Counted from the stretch's first letter, positions 19,516 to 28,300 are shown. The stretch: DNA of 64,000 bases from Candidatus Omnitrophota bacterium (GCA_018826075.1 JAHKAJ010000035.1:15069-79068); one strand, 5' to 3'. Numbers and translations: made by a program. Notes: generated by a model from the sequence alone, not told the origin.

Positions 19516-20266
19516 GTTAAAGATCAGGCTGGAAACAGTCAATTTTTTTTATGGTAAACAGCAGGCTTTGAAAGATATTAGTTTTGAGGTCTATAAAAAT
19601 AAAGTCACCGCGGTCATCGGGCCTTCGGGCTGCGGTAAATCTACTTTGATCCGGCTGTTTAACCGGATGAACGAGCTTATTCCTAATACCCGCTTGGAAG
19701 GAAAAATCCGCCTGGACCGACAGAATATCTACGAGCCGCAGGTCGATGTGGTCGAATTGCGCCGGCGAGTAGGGATGGTTTTTCAAAAGCCCAACCCTTT
19801 TCCCAAGTCGATCTTTGAAAATGTCAGTTATGGCCTGGCCGTCAACGGCATAAAAGACCGGGACTATCTGGCCGAAAAGGTAGAACGCAGCCTTAAGGAT
19901 GCGGCTTTGTGGAAAGAGGTCAGCGGCCGTTTGTACAAAAGCGCTTTAGCTTTATCCGGCGGCCAGCAGCAGCGGCTTTGCATTGCCCGGGCTTTGGCAG
20001 TCGAACCGGAGGTGATTCTTTTTGACGAGCCCTGTTCGGCTTTAGACCCCACGGCTACTTTAAAAATAGAGGAGTTGATCCAGAGGCTAAAGGAAAAATA
20101 TACCATTATTATCGTAACTCACAATATGCAGCAGGCTGCCCGGATTTCTGATCAAACTGCTTTTTTAATGCTTGGCGAATTAATAGAATATGATTTAACC
20201 AATAAGATTTTTACTAGTCCTTCTAAAAAAATAACTGAAGATTATATTACCGGGAGGTTTGGTTGA
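19505..20266 (+). CDS. pstB: phosphate ABC transporter ATP-binding protein
   Basis: Walker [18 protein letters not shown] and Walker B ILFDEP. Confidence 0.9.
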   Translation: MESELKIRLETVNFFYGKQQALKDISFEVYKNKVTAVIGPSGCGKSTLIRLFNRMNELIPNTRLEGKIRLDRQNIYEPQVDVVELRRRVGMVFQKPNPFPKSIFENVSYGLAVNGIKDRDYLAEKVERSLKDAALWKEVSGRLYKSALALSGGQQQRLCIARALAVEPEVILFDEPCSALDPTATLKIEELIQRLKEKYTIIIVTHNMQQAARISDQTAFLMLGELIEYDLTNKIFTSPSKKITEDYITGRFG

Positions 20267-20267
20267 G

Positions 20268-21380
20268 ATGAAAGAAATTATAATACTGTTTGTCTGCGTT
20301 GAGAATTCCTGTCGCAGCCAGATGGCTGAGGGTTGGGCTAAGGAGTTTAGCCGTCAGGCAGGTTTAGATTTTATTAAAGCTTATAGCGCCGGCTCAAACC
20401 CTTCAGGTAAAGTTAATCCTGAAGCAGTTAAAGTGATGCAGGAAGCCGGAGTGGACATCAGCGGAGCGTTTTCTAAAGGGTTCGCCTATTTAGCCCAAAA
20501 GGATATAGATATAGCAGTTACTCTTGGCTGTCAGGATACGTGCCCTTATTTACCGTCAGATAAACATTTGCAGTGGGACGTCGAAGATCCCAAAGCTAAG
20601 AATATCGATAGTTTTCGTCAGGTCCGTGATATAATTAAAGAGAAAGTTAAGACTTTAATCAAAGAGTTGTTTTATCAAGCTCAATCAGGAGGAGAGATTA
20701 TGGAACGCAGTTTTGACGATGCTTTGAACAAGTTAAACGATGATATTTTAAAAATGGCTGCTTTAGCTGAAGAAGCGATTTATAAATCAGTTGAGTCGTT
20801 AAAAAACCAAGATAAAAAACTGGCCCAAAAGGTCGTCGATGACGATCAAAAGATTGATGAATTGGAGATTGCGGTTGAAGAGGAGGCCATTGATCTTTTA
20901 GCGCTTCAGCAGCCAATGGCTAGAGACCTAAGGTTTATTACTACCGGCATGAAGATTAACGCTGAACTTGAGCGGATTGCTGACCTGGCAGTTAATATCG
21001 CCCAGAGGGTTTTAGATGTCGTTGATAAACCCTTAGTTAAACCTTTAATCGATATACCTAAATTGGCTGAAGTCAGCCGGAAAATGGTTAAAGGAGCAAT
21101 CGATGCTTTTGTTAAGCGCAGTGAAGATTTGGCCCGGCAAGTTATTATGATGGATCCAGAAGCTGACTGCCTGCGTAATAAAATTTACGATGAACTTATT
21201 AATGATTATATGATTAAAGATGGGGCAACCGCCCCTCGGGCAGTTCCACTTATCCTGATTGCCAGGCATTTAGAAAGGATTTGTGACCACGCCGGCTATA
21301 TCGCCGCTGATGTTATCTACATGATTAAAGCTAAGGTAGTGAAGCATCATCCTGAACGCTTGAAAAATAACCATTCCTGA
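20268..21380 (+). CDS. phoU: fusion protein: an N-terminal ArsC/low-molecular-weight phosphotyrosine-phosphatase-fold domain joined to full-length PhoU
   Basis: The N-terminal domain (about 140 aa) has the CX5R P-loop CVENSCRS, a DP loop (DVEDP) and extra Cys residues (CQDTC). The C-terminal domain (about 225 aa) is PhoU with two repeats. An internal AGGAGG RBS and ATG lie at 20687-20702, in frame. The ATG at 20268 is preferred over the TTG at 20259. Confidence 0.75.
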   Translation: MKEIIILFVCVENSCRSQMAEGWAKEFSRQAGLDFIKAYSAGSNPSGKVNPEAVKVMQEAGVDISGAFSKGFAYLAQKDIDIAVTLGCQDTCPYLPSDKHLQWDVEDPKAKNIDSFRQVRDIIKEKVKTLIKELFYQAQSGGEIMERSFDDALNKLNDDILKMAALAEEAIYKSVESLKNQDKKLAQKVVDDDQKIDELEIAVEEEAIDLLALQQPMARDLRFITTGMKINAELERIADLAVNIAQRVLDVVDKPLVKPLIDIPKLAEVSRKMVKGAIDAFVKRSEDLARQVIMMDPEADCLRNKIYDELINDYMIKDGATAPRAVPLILIARHLERICDHAGYIAADVIYMIKAKVVKHHPERLKNNHS

Positions 21381-21450
21381 AACTTTTGAACCTGATTTTT
21401 TTCCTTGACAGGATTGTGAATAGTGTTACTATTTATAAAAAGGTAATACT

Positions 21451-21918
21451 ATGCCGAAGGTAAACCCCGTTAGAAAAAAATCCCCTCGAAAGAAAAATCC
21501 ATTTTCTAACGGGGTAAAACGATTTGGCGTTTCTTTGGAAGAGGATTTGTTGAAGGAACTGGACGCTTTGGTAAAAGCCCATAAATTTCCCAACCGCTCG
21601 CAGGCAGTCCGTTCTTTGATCAGAAATAGTGTTGTGGTCCAGAATTGGGAAGATAATAAAGAGGTCGCCGGCTGTCTGGTCATTGTTTACGATCATCACA
21701 AGCGCGACCTGATGAATAAATCGGTAACTTTGCAACATGCCTATGAAGAGTTAGTATTGTCGGTCCAGCATGTCCACTTAGACCACCACAATTGCTTAGA
21801 GATGGTTGCACTTAAGGGTAAAGCCAGCAAATTAAAAGAATTGGCCGATAAGCTAATCGCTCTCAAAGGAATTAAACACGGGCAGCTGGTAATGAGCAGT
21901 GTAGGTAGCGTCAAATAA
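21451..21918 (+). CDS. nikR: nickel-responsive regulator NikR
   Basis: Ribbon-helix-helix (RFGVSLEEDLLKELD...NRSQAVRSLI) plus a C-terminal His/Cys-rich metal-binding domain (HVHLDHHNCLE). Confidence 0.8.
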   Translation: MPKVNPVRKKSPRKKNPFSNGVKRFGVSLEEDLLKELDALVKAHKFPNRSQAVRSLIRNSVVVQNWEDNKEVAGCLVIVYDHHKRDLMNKSVTLQHAYEELVLSVQHVHLDHHNCLEMVALKGKASKLKELADKLIALKGIKHGQLVMSSVGSVK

Positions 21919-21955
21919 TTTTTTTCATTTGGTTTATAAATAATGGAGGTGAGGT

Positions 21956-22873
21956 ATGCATATTCCTAATGCTATGTTACAGGGGCAGATTTGCCCGGTT
22001 ACTGCGGTGGCCAGTGTTATCGGTATTGGCTTAGCAGCTTGGAAGGCTTTTTCATCTAAAGAGAAACCGGCAGCTTCCCGATTCGCAGCAATCACGGCTT
22101 TAATTTTTGCTGTTCAAATGATGAATTTTTCGATTAGTGGAGGTACTTCCGGACATTTACTTGGCGGTGTGCTCGCGGCTGCGTTGCTGGGTATTCCCTT
22201 TGGTATTTTATCTATAGCGCTTGTGGTAACGACACAATGTTTAGTTTTTTCTGATGGGGGATTTATTGTATTGGGTGCAAATATACTTAATATGGCTATT
22301 ATTGGTGCTGGCCTGGGAGGGCTTATTCAGGCGTTTCTTAGTAAAGGTTTGCCTATAAAATCGGTCCGACAAGCAGCTAGCCTTGGACTTACCAGTTGGC
22401 TTGCGGTGATGATGGCAGCTTTAGCCTGTAGTATCGAATTAGCGGTTTCAGGAACAATTCCTTTCTTCAAAGTTGTCGGAGCGATGCTTGGTACCCATGC
22501 TTTTATCGGTATCGGCGAAGGGTTGATTACTGTCGCGGCCTATTATGTTTTTACTTCTGAACCAGGAAGAGTTTCTCAGAGAAGATCGGCCACGGTTCCT
22601 TTGCTGGCCGCCGGCATAATCGCGTTTGTATTAAGCCCTTTTGCTAGCGGTTTTCCTGATGGATTAGAGTGGGTTGCCGGAAAATTCCAGTTTCTTCATG
22701 AATCATCACCGACTTTTATCAGCCCTTTGTCTGATTACATAGTTCCGGCTGTCAGCAATGAAATGTTAGCTACTGGTTTGGCAGGATTGGCGGGATTAAT
22801 GATTACTTTTTTTATTGCTTGGATAGTCGCCCGCCTACTGGTAAAGCCGGTAAAAATTGGGGTAAGTTCTTAA
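21956..22873 (+). CDS. nikM: NikM/CbiM-family ECF-transporter substrate-capture component with a C-terminal PDGLE domain
   Basis: N-terminal MHIPNAM (the Met-His metal-ligand N-terminus of CbiM/NikM). C-terminal GFPDGLEW. Directly downstream of nikR. No Q (T) or O (A) components nearby. Confidence 0.7.
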   Translation: MHIPNAMLQGQICPVTAVASVIGIGLAAWKAFSSKEKPAASRFAAITALIFAVQMMNFSISGGTSGHLLGGVLAAALLGIPFGILSIALVVTTQCLVFSDGGFIVLGANILNMAIIGAGLGGLIQAFLSKGLPIKSVRQAASLGLTSWLAVMMAALACSIELAVSGTIPFFKVVGAMLGTHAFIGIGEGLITVAAYYVFTSEPGRVSQRRSATVPLLAAGIIAFVLSPFASGFPDGLEWVAGKFQFLHESSPTFISPLSDYIVPAVSNEMLATGLAGLAGLMITFFIAWIVARLLVKPVKIGVSS

Positions 22874-23184
22874 TTTTTTTCACTGGTGGCAATCACAGGG
22901 TTTAGAGATTAGTTTTATACTTGGGTAGTTTTAATACTGCTACAATGCCTGCCTATGAATATTCCCATAACGACTTTTAGCCGGCCGTTACCGCCTTATA
23001 TACGTAAGATGAAGAGAATAACTTAGATCCGGGTGTGTGAGGTAGGGGCTGTCTTATCCCGCCTCGGCTAAATATGCGGTAAATTCTCTTCGATAATTTT
23101 CCGCAACCTCGGCGGGATTAATTCGGCCTAATATTTTTTTGTGCTCTTTCAGCTTGAAAAAATATTGGCCTCATTAAAAAATAC

Positions 23185-23231
23185 TTGACAGAGTAGCGTA
23201 TCTGGGTATAATTGATAACGGAAACCATTTC
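23185..23231 (+). promoter_or_regulatory. fur promoter (TTGACA, 16-nt spacer, TATAAT) with an overlapping Fur-box-like operator
   Basis: TTGACA at 23185-23190, TATAAT at 23207-23212, and operator-like tGATAACGGAAACCATTTC at 23213-23231. Confidence 0.55.
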
Positions 23232-23247
23232 TATTAAGGAGAAATAA

Positions 23248-23721
23248 ATGCCAAGAGGTAATTGCCAAGGACAAGGGTGGTGGCATGGAAAATTCAAGGG
23301 TTGTGGATACAGACTCACGGCTGGCCGGGAGGCTATCCTTGATATCTTGTCTAAATCCGAAGGCCACTTAAGCGCTGAAGATATCTACATGAAGATTCAT
23401 TCCCGCTATCCTAATGTTGGGCTTACCACTATTTATAGGACATTGGAGGTGTTGTCTAACCTTGGCATGGTGCATAAGCTTGATTTTGGGGATAGAAGAG
23501 CGCGTTATGAGTTAGCTGAAGGGCCTGAAGGCGCGCATCATCACCATCATTTAGTTTGCACCGATTGCAACAAAGTGGTTGATTATACGGACTTTATCGA
23601 TGAAGAGGTAGAACTCTTAAGAGAAACCGAGAAAGGTTTAGGCGCTAAATATAATTTTCAGATTACTAATCACGTTATCCAATTTTACGGCTTATGCGGC
23701 AAATGTAGCGGTAAGAAATAA
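23248..23721 (+). CDS. fur: Fur-family metalloregulator
   Basis: Winged helix (TTIYRTLEVLSNLGMV), a His-rich metal site (HHHHHLVC) and C-terminal CxxC pairs (CTDCNK...CGKCSG). Confidence 0.8.
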   Translation: MPRGNCQGQGWWHGKFKGCGYRLTAGREAILDILSKSEGHLSAEDIYMKIHSRYPNVGLTTIYRTLEVLSNLGMVHKLDFGDRRARYELAEGPEGAHHHHHLVCTDCNKVVDYTDFIDEEVELLRETEKGLGAKYNFQITNHVIQFYGLCGKCSGKK

Positions 23722-23739
23722 CCGCTATATTTTTTTCTC

Positions 23740-23759
23740 TGATAATGGAAATGGTTTTC
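23740..23759 (+). promoter_or_regulatory. second Fur-box-like site upstream of the DUF5320 gene
   Basis: tGATAATGGAAATGGTTTTC matches the Fur box GATAATGATAATCATTATC at 14 of 19 positions and shares TGATAAYGGAAAY with the fur promoter site. Confidence 0.45.
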
Positions 23760-23781
23760 ACTAACTAAACGGAGGTGCAAT

Positions 23782-24132
23782 ATGCCGGGTTTTGACGGAA
23801 CAGGTCCTATGGGGCAAGGTGGGATGACAGGGGGTGGAAGAGGGTATTGTGCGGTTAATCTAAACGGCACAGGCGCAAGGCAAGGAGTTGAGCGTGGATT
23901 CTTCAGAAGAGATGGCGGCCGCGGGCACAGGAATTGTTTTTACGCAACAGGTTTTTCGGGATGGATGAGGGCTCAAAGAGGCATGCAGGCGTTTGGCGGT
24001 TTTGGCCGCATAGGATTAAAGGAGAATGAATTAGCGATTTTTAAAGATCAGGCCGATTATCTTAAAGATGAGCTTGAGGCTGTACAGGCACGTGTCCAGG
24101 ATCTAGAGGGTAAACAAGAAGCGGGGAAATAG
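23782..24132 (+). CDS. DUF5320-like glycine-rich protein with a C-terminal coiled coil
   Basis: MPGFDGTGPMGQGGMTGGGRGYC N-terminus plus a C-terminal coiled coil. This arrangement is typical of DUF5320 proteins encoded next to NifX-like genes. Confidence 0.5.
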   Translation: MPGFDGTGPMGQGGMTGGGRGYCAVNLNGTGARQGVERGFFRRDGGRGHRNCFYATGFSGWMRAQRGMQAFGGFGRIGLKENELAIFKDQADYLKDELEAVQARVQDLEGKQEAGK

Positions 24133-24168
24133 TTGTTTTAAAGATTAATTAAGGAAGGAGATTGAAAT

Positions 24169-24546
24169 ATGAGAGTTGGAGTTGTGTTAGAAGATGAGAA
24201 TGGTGTGCAGGGTAATGTCTGTGCGCATTTTGGACAGTGCAAATTTTTCTTCTTGGCCGATATTGATGAGGATAAGAAGAAGATTACAGGTACTCGCATT
24301 GTGCCGAATACCGCTTCGCATGGCGGAGGTGGATGTGTAGCGGTGGATGAGATATTGAAGTACAAAGTTACCCATGTTATTGCTGGAGGCATGGGGATGG
24401 GTGCCCAGCAGAAATTTTCGCAAGCCGGGGTACAGGTATTCGGCTATTCCGGTAATGTGCAAAAAGCTATTGATGATTTTATGAACAATACCTTAGGAGG
24501 CCTTGACGCTTGTAAGGATCATGGCCTTGGCGAAAGCTGTTATTAA
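24169..24546 (+). CDS. NifX/NafY-type (dinitrogenase iron-molybdenum cofactor biosynthesis domain) small protein
   Basis: HFGQCKFF...IAGGMGMGAQQKFSQAGVQV, the fold signature of the NifB/NifX/NafY C-terminal domain. No nitrogenase genes in the window. Confidence 0.7.
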   Translation: MRVGVVLEDENGVQGNVCAHFGQCKFFFLADIDEDKKKITGTRIVPNTASHGGGGCVAVDEILKYKVTHVIAGGMGMGAQQKFSQAGVQVFGYSGNVQKAIDDFMNNTLGGLDACKDHGLGESCY

Positions 24547-24560
24547 AAAGGAAGGTTTAA

Positions 24561-24935
24561 ATGAAAATATGTATTACTTCAGAAGGTAAAACTTTGGATT
24601 CCAAAGTTGACCCTCGCTTCGGCCGGTGCCAGAATTTCATTTTTTTCGATATTGATAACGGTAATTTTGAAGCGCAGGAGAATGCAAACGCTCAGTTTCA
24701 GGGTGGAGCTGGTATTCAGTCAGGTCAGTTTGCGGTATCCAAAGGAGTCAAGGTCGTTATTACCGGAAACGTCGGGCCCAACGCGCATCAGGTCTTATCA
24801 GCCGCAGGAATCAGTATATACACCGGAGTTTCCGGAACGGTAAGAGAAGCGATCGACGGCTACAAAAACGGAAAATATAAACCCGCAGCTGCTCCGAGTG
24901 TGGGTTCAAAATTTGGCATGCCGCCAAAAAAATAG
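24561..24935 (+). CDS. NifX/NafY-type small protein, paralog of the gene above
   Basis: RFGRCQNFIFFD...VITGNVGPNAHQVLSAAGISIY. Confidence 0.7.
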   Translation: MKICITSEGKTLDSKVDPRFGRCQNFIFFDIDNGNFEAQENANAQFQGGAGIQSGQFAVSKGVKVVITGNVGPNAHQVLSAAGISIYTGVSGTVREAIDGYKNGKYKPAAAPSVGSKFGMPPKK

Positions 24936-24997
24936 AAAAAGAAAGTATGAATTGTCCTAAATGCGGTACAACAATAATAAGAGAATAAAGGTAAACA

Positions 24998-25609
24998 TTG
25001 GAAAAAGAAGTTTTAGAAAACCATCAGAGGTATTTAGAACGGAAAGCCTTATATAAAAGTTTTGGCTGCGATATCGATAAAGAACGCGAATTTATTATTG
25101 CCAAAGCCCAGCCTCTTTACGGAGATATTTTAGAAGCCGGAACCGGTAAAGGGCATTTTGCGTTTAGCCTGGCCAGGCAAGGTTATAAGTTTACTACTTT
25201 CGATATTTCCGAGGAAGAACAGAATTTTGCAAAACTTACTTTAAAGTATTTTGATTTAGATAGCTTTGTTGAATTCAAGATCGAGAACGGCGAAACTTTA
25301 AGTTTTGAAGATGGAATATTTGATATTATTTTTTCTATAAATACACTCCATCATCTTATAAATCCATATAAGGTTATCGATGAAATTATCCGCGTGCTTT
25401 CTTTTGAAGGTAAAATTATCTTGAGTGATTTTACCAGGGAAGGTTTTCAACTAATGGATAAAATACACAAAAATGAAGGCAATATCCATCAAGTAAGTAA
25501 AGTTACCTTAGCAGATATAGAGAAATATTTGAGTACCAAAGGCTTTAGAGTAGAAAAATATAAAAGCCGATTTCAGAAAGTTTTAATTGCCTACCAACAA
25601 TTAGTATGA
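24998..25609 (+). CDS. class I SAM-dependent methyltransferase
   Basis: Motif I ILEAGTGKGHFAFSLA. TTG start. AT-rich relative to the upstream genes. Confidence 0.65.
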   Translation: MEKEVLENHQRYLERKALYKSFGCDIDKEREFIIAKAQPLYGDILEAGTGKGHFAFSLARQGYKFTTFDISEEEQNFAKLTLKYFDLDSFVEFKIENGETLSFEDGIFDIIFSINTLHHLINPYKVIDEIIRVLSFEGKIILSDFTREGFQLMDKIHKNEGNIHQVSKVTLADIEKYLSTKGFRVEKYKSRFQKVLIAYQQLV

Positions 25610-26460
25610 TTATTTCAGTAGCCAGCGGTAAAGGCGGGACCGGTAAGACCACGATAGCTGTAAATCTTGCCCTATCTATAAAAGGAGAGGTGCAGTTTTT
25701 AGACTGCGATGTAGAAGAACCGAATGCCCATATTTTTTTAAAACCCGAAATAACAGAAACCAAAAAAGTTTATATCCCGGTTCCGGAAATTGACCAGAAT
25801 AAGTGTAACTATTGCGGTAAATGCCGCGAGGTTTGCGTCTATAACGCTATCGCGGTTATAAAAGGAACTGTAGACAAAAAGGGTAGTATCTTGGTTTTCT
25901 CAAATCTTTGTCATGGCTGCGGGAGCTGTTCCTATTTCTGTCCGGAAAGCGCGATAAAGGAAGTAAATAAGGAAATAGGCGAAATTGAAATAGGCACAGC
26001 TGGAGCTATTCAATTTATACACGGGCGATTGAATATAGGTGAAGCGATGGTTCCGCCGGTCATAAGGCAAATAAAAAAACATATTAATCCAACGCGTACA
26101 GTCGTTATTGATGCCCCTCCCGGTACATCATGTCCTGTAGTCGAAACGATAAAAAGAAGCGATTTTTGCGTACTGGTTACCGAACCGACACCGTTTGGCT
26201 TGAACGATTTAATGCTGGCCGTGGAAGTCTTACGTAAGCTCAAAGTGCCTTTTGGAATCGTGATTAACCGCTCGGATTTGGGCAATGAAAAAACAGACGA
26301 GTATTGCGAAAAGGAGGATATTCCTATTCTTATGCGTATACCCTTTAAAAAGGAGATAGCAGTTGCCTATTCTAAAGGTGAACCGATTGTGAAAACGTTT
26401 CCCGAATACAGAAAAGATTTTGAAGAGCTTTTTAATAAGATTAAAGGTTTATTAAATTAG
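25606..26460 (+). CDS. MinD/ParA/Mrp-superfamily P-loop ATPase with an inserted 4Fe-4S ferredoxin domain
   Basis: Deviant Walker A SGKGGTGKTT, then CNYCGKCREVC and CHGCGSCSYFCP, then the remainder of the ATPase core. Confidence 0.75.
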   Translation: MIISVASGKGGTGKTTIAVNLALSIKGEVQFLDCDVEEPNAHIFLKPEITETKKVYIPVPEIDQNKCNYCGKCREVCVYNAIAVIKGTVDKKGSILVFSNLCHGCGSCSYFCPESAIKEVNKEIGEIEIGTAGAIQFIHGRLNIGEAMVPPVIRQIKKHINPTRTVVIDAPPGTSCPVVETIKRSDFCVLVTEPTPFGLNDLMLAVEVLRKLKVPFGIVINRSDLGNEKTDEYCEKEDIPILMRIPFKKEIAVAYSKGEPIVKTFPEYRKDFEELFNKIKGLLN

Positions 26461-26461
26461 A

Positions 26462-27313
26462 ATGAAACAAATTGTTGTCATAAGCGGAAAAGGTGGAACC
26501 GGCAAGACTGTGATTACGGGCGCGTTCGCGGCGCTGGCGAAGAATAAAGTTATGGCTGACTGTGATGTGGACGCGGCCGATCTATATCTTTTGCTGAAGC
26601 CGTCTATCAAAGAAAAGCATGAATTTAGAAGCGGCAAAACAGCAGTTATCGATAAGGCTAAATGCATTCAGTGCGGTAAATGTATTGAATTATGCCGTTT
26701 TGCTGCCATAAGTAAGGATTTTATTATCGACCCTATTTCTTGTGAAGGTTGTGCCTTTTGTAGTTTTGCTTGTCCGGCAGGCGCTATCAGGATGGAAGAA
26801 AATACTTCAGGCGAGTGGTTTATCTCTGATACTCGTTTTGGCCCGATGGTTCACGCTAAGCTGGGTATAGCCGAGGAAAATTCAGGCAAGCTTGTTTCTT
26901 TGGTGAGAAAACAGGCAAAAGAATTAGCAGATAATAGTAATTGCGATTGGGTCATTGTTGATGGTGCCCCGGGGATAGGTTGTCCGGTCATAGCGTCTCT
27001 TTCGGGTGTAGATTGTGCTGTAGTTGTTACCGAGCCAACATTGTCAGGTTTGCATGATGCCGACAGGGTTATTAAACTAGTTAAACATTTTGGAATTTCA
27101 GTCAAAGTAGTTGTAAATAAATATGATCTTAATTCAGAGATGACCGATAAAATTGAACAGTATTGCCAGGATAACAATATCGATTTAATTGGAGAAATTC
27201 CTTTCGATAAAGCAGTAGTGGAAGCTATGGTTGAAGCTAAGACTATTATTGAATATAAGGATACGGCAGTTAAGGATGAGATTCGCAGAATTTGGGAAAA
27301 ATTACAAGTTTAG
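26462..27313 (+). CDS. second MinD/ParA-type ATPase with an inserted 4Fe-4S ferredoxin domain (paralog)
   Basis: SGKGGTGKTV, then CIQCGKCIELC and CEGCAFCSFACP. Confidence 0.75.
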   Translation: MKQIVVISGKGGTGKTVITGAFAALAKNKVMADCDVDAADLYLLLKPSIKEKHEFRSGKTAVIDKAKCIQCGKCIELCRFAAISKDFIIDPISCEGCAFCSFACPAGAIRMEENTSGEWFISDTRFGPMVHAKLGIAEENSGKLVSLVRKQAKELADNSNCDWVIVDGAPGIGCPVIASLSGVDCAVVVTEPTLSGLHDADRVIKLVKHFGISVKVVVNKYDLNSEMTDKIEQYCQDNNIDLIGEIPFDKAVVEAMVEAKTIIEYKDTAVKDEIRRIWEKLQV

Positions 27314-27325
27314 AATAAGGATTTT

Positions 27326-28300
27326 ATGGATAGACGGGATATCCATGTACTAAAATATTTTTCATCTTTTGTGAGCGTCTCGCATGGGAAGGTTATTAAT
27401 ATTACCGAGCCAACACTTGCTTTTTGCCCACTGGCAGAACATCTATATAAGGATTTTAGTGGTATTCGGGTTAACGATAAGGAAGCTATTAAAGATTCGA
27501 TAAAAAAAGTGATTGAGTCAAAAATAAAAGACTATGGTTTCTTTACCGATGAGAGAAAAATTTCATTTGATGATGTTGCGATTCGGTATGGCGCCTCAGA
27601 GATGCTCATGTTTGCGTTAAAAAAAGGCGCGATAGACGCTGCAGTTGTAGTTTGTGAAGGGGCGGGGACGGTTATTACGAATAAACCGGAAATTGTCCAG
27701 GGTATAGGCGCCCGAATGAATAGCCTATTGTTAACTTCACCCATCCAAAGGATCATTAAGAAACTTAAAACTGTTGGCTGCCAAGTGATATTTGAAAACG
27801 CGCTTATCGATCAGGTGCGGGGAGTTAAGGAGGCGATAAAAGCAGGATATAAAACCATTGCTGTTACTGTATGTGGTAATTCAGCTGAGGATTTAAAAGC
27901 ATTACGTTTGTTGGAGAAAGAAAGCGGCGTTAGAATAATTTTATTGGTAGTATGTACGACCGGCCTGGCTAAAGATAAGATAACTTTGGTACGCGATTAC
28001 GCTGATTTGGTGTGGAGTTGTGCTTCTTTCGATATAAGACAGATGATTGGGCCTTTAGCCAAATGTCAGCTTTCCGAGCAAATACCTGTTTTTGTCTTGA
28101 CGAAAGCGGGAATGGACTTTGTTTCTGCTTACGCTGACGAAAGCGGCGTAGTTAAAAACCTGGATATTAGAAAACAATACCTTTTTTCAAATAAGTCTGG
28201 CGGGCAATGCGTTCATTTAGGAAGTTATAAAGTGTTTATCAGCGAGTCTAAATTACCGGTTAATACCCGGAATATGCCGATTTTCCAGGATAAAAACTAA
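27326..28300 (+). CDS. uncharacterised conserved protein; from memory, the VCEGAGTVIT block resembles DUF2099 / methanogenesis-marker-8-type proteins
   Basis: 324 aa with alpha/beta character. Gly-rich VVVCEGAGTVITN and GIGARM blocks. Confidence 0.3.
   Translation: MDRRDIHVLKYFSSFVSVSHGKVINITEPTLAFCPLAEHLYKDFSGIRVNDKEAIKDSIKKVIESKIKDYGFFTDERKISFDDVAIRYGASEMLMFALKKGAIDAAVVVCEGAGTVITNKPEIVQGIGARMNSLLLTSPIQRIIKKLKTVGCQVIFENALIDQVRGVKEAIKAGYKTIAVTVCGNSAEDLKALRLLEKESGVRIILLVVCTTGLAKDKITLVRDYADLVWSCASFDIRQMIGPLAKCQLSEQIPVFVLTKAGMDFVSAYADESGVVKNLDIRKQYLFSNKSGGQCVHLGSYKVFISESKLPVNTRNMPIFQDKN

Noticed and set aside
20259-20267. TTG start for the arsC-phoU gene as given in the ORF track
   Set aside because: It would overlap the pstB stop codon by 8 nt. 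The ATG at 20268 preceded by GGGAGG is the more plausible start.
21400-21450. NikR operator search upstream of nikR and nikM
   Set aside because: Only weak TACTAT direct repeats. No GTATGA-N16-TCATAC-like palindrome. Not reportable.
23040-23070. GGGGCTG... resembling the 5' end of tmRNA, or a tRNA-like element
   Set aside because: No tRNA-like acceptor/T-arm (GGTTCGAATCC-type) or CCA-proximal 3' structure follows. No tRNA cloverleaf could be built anywhere in the window.
23118-23367. Two overlapping minus-strand ORFs (66 and 72 aa) across the fur promoter and fur start
   Set aside because: They overlap a near-consensus promoter and the fur coding start. No RBS. Spurious.
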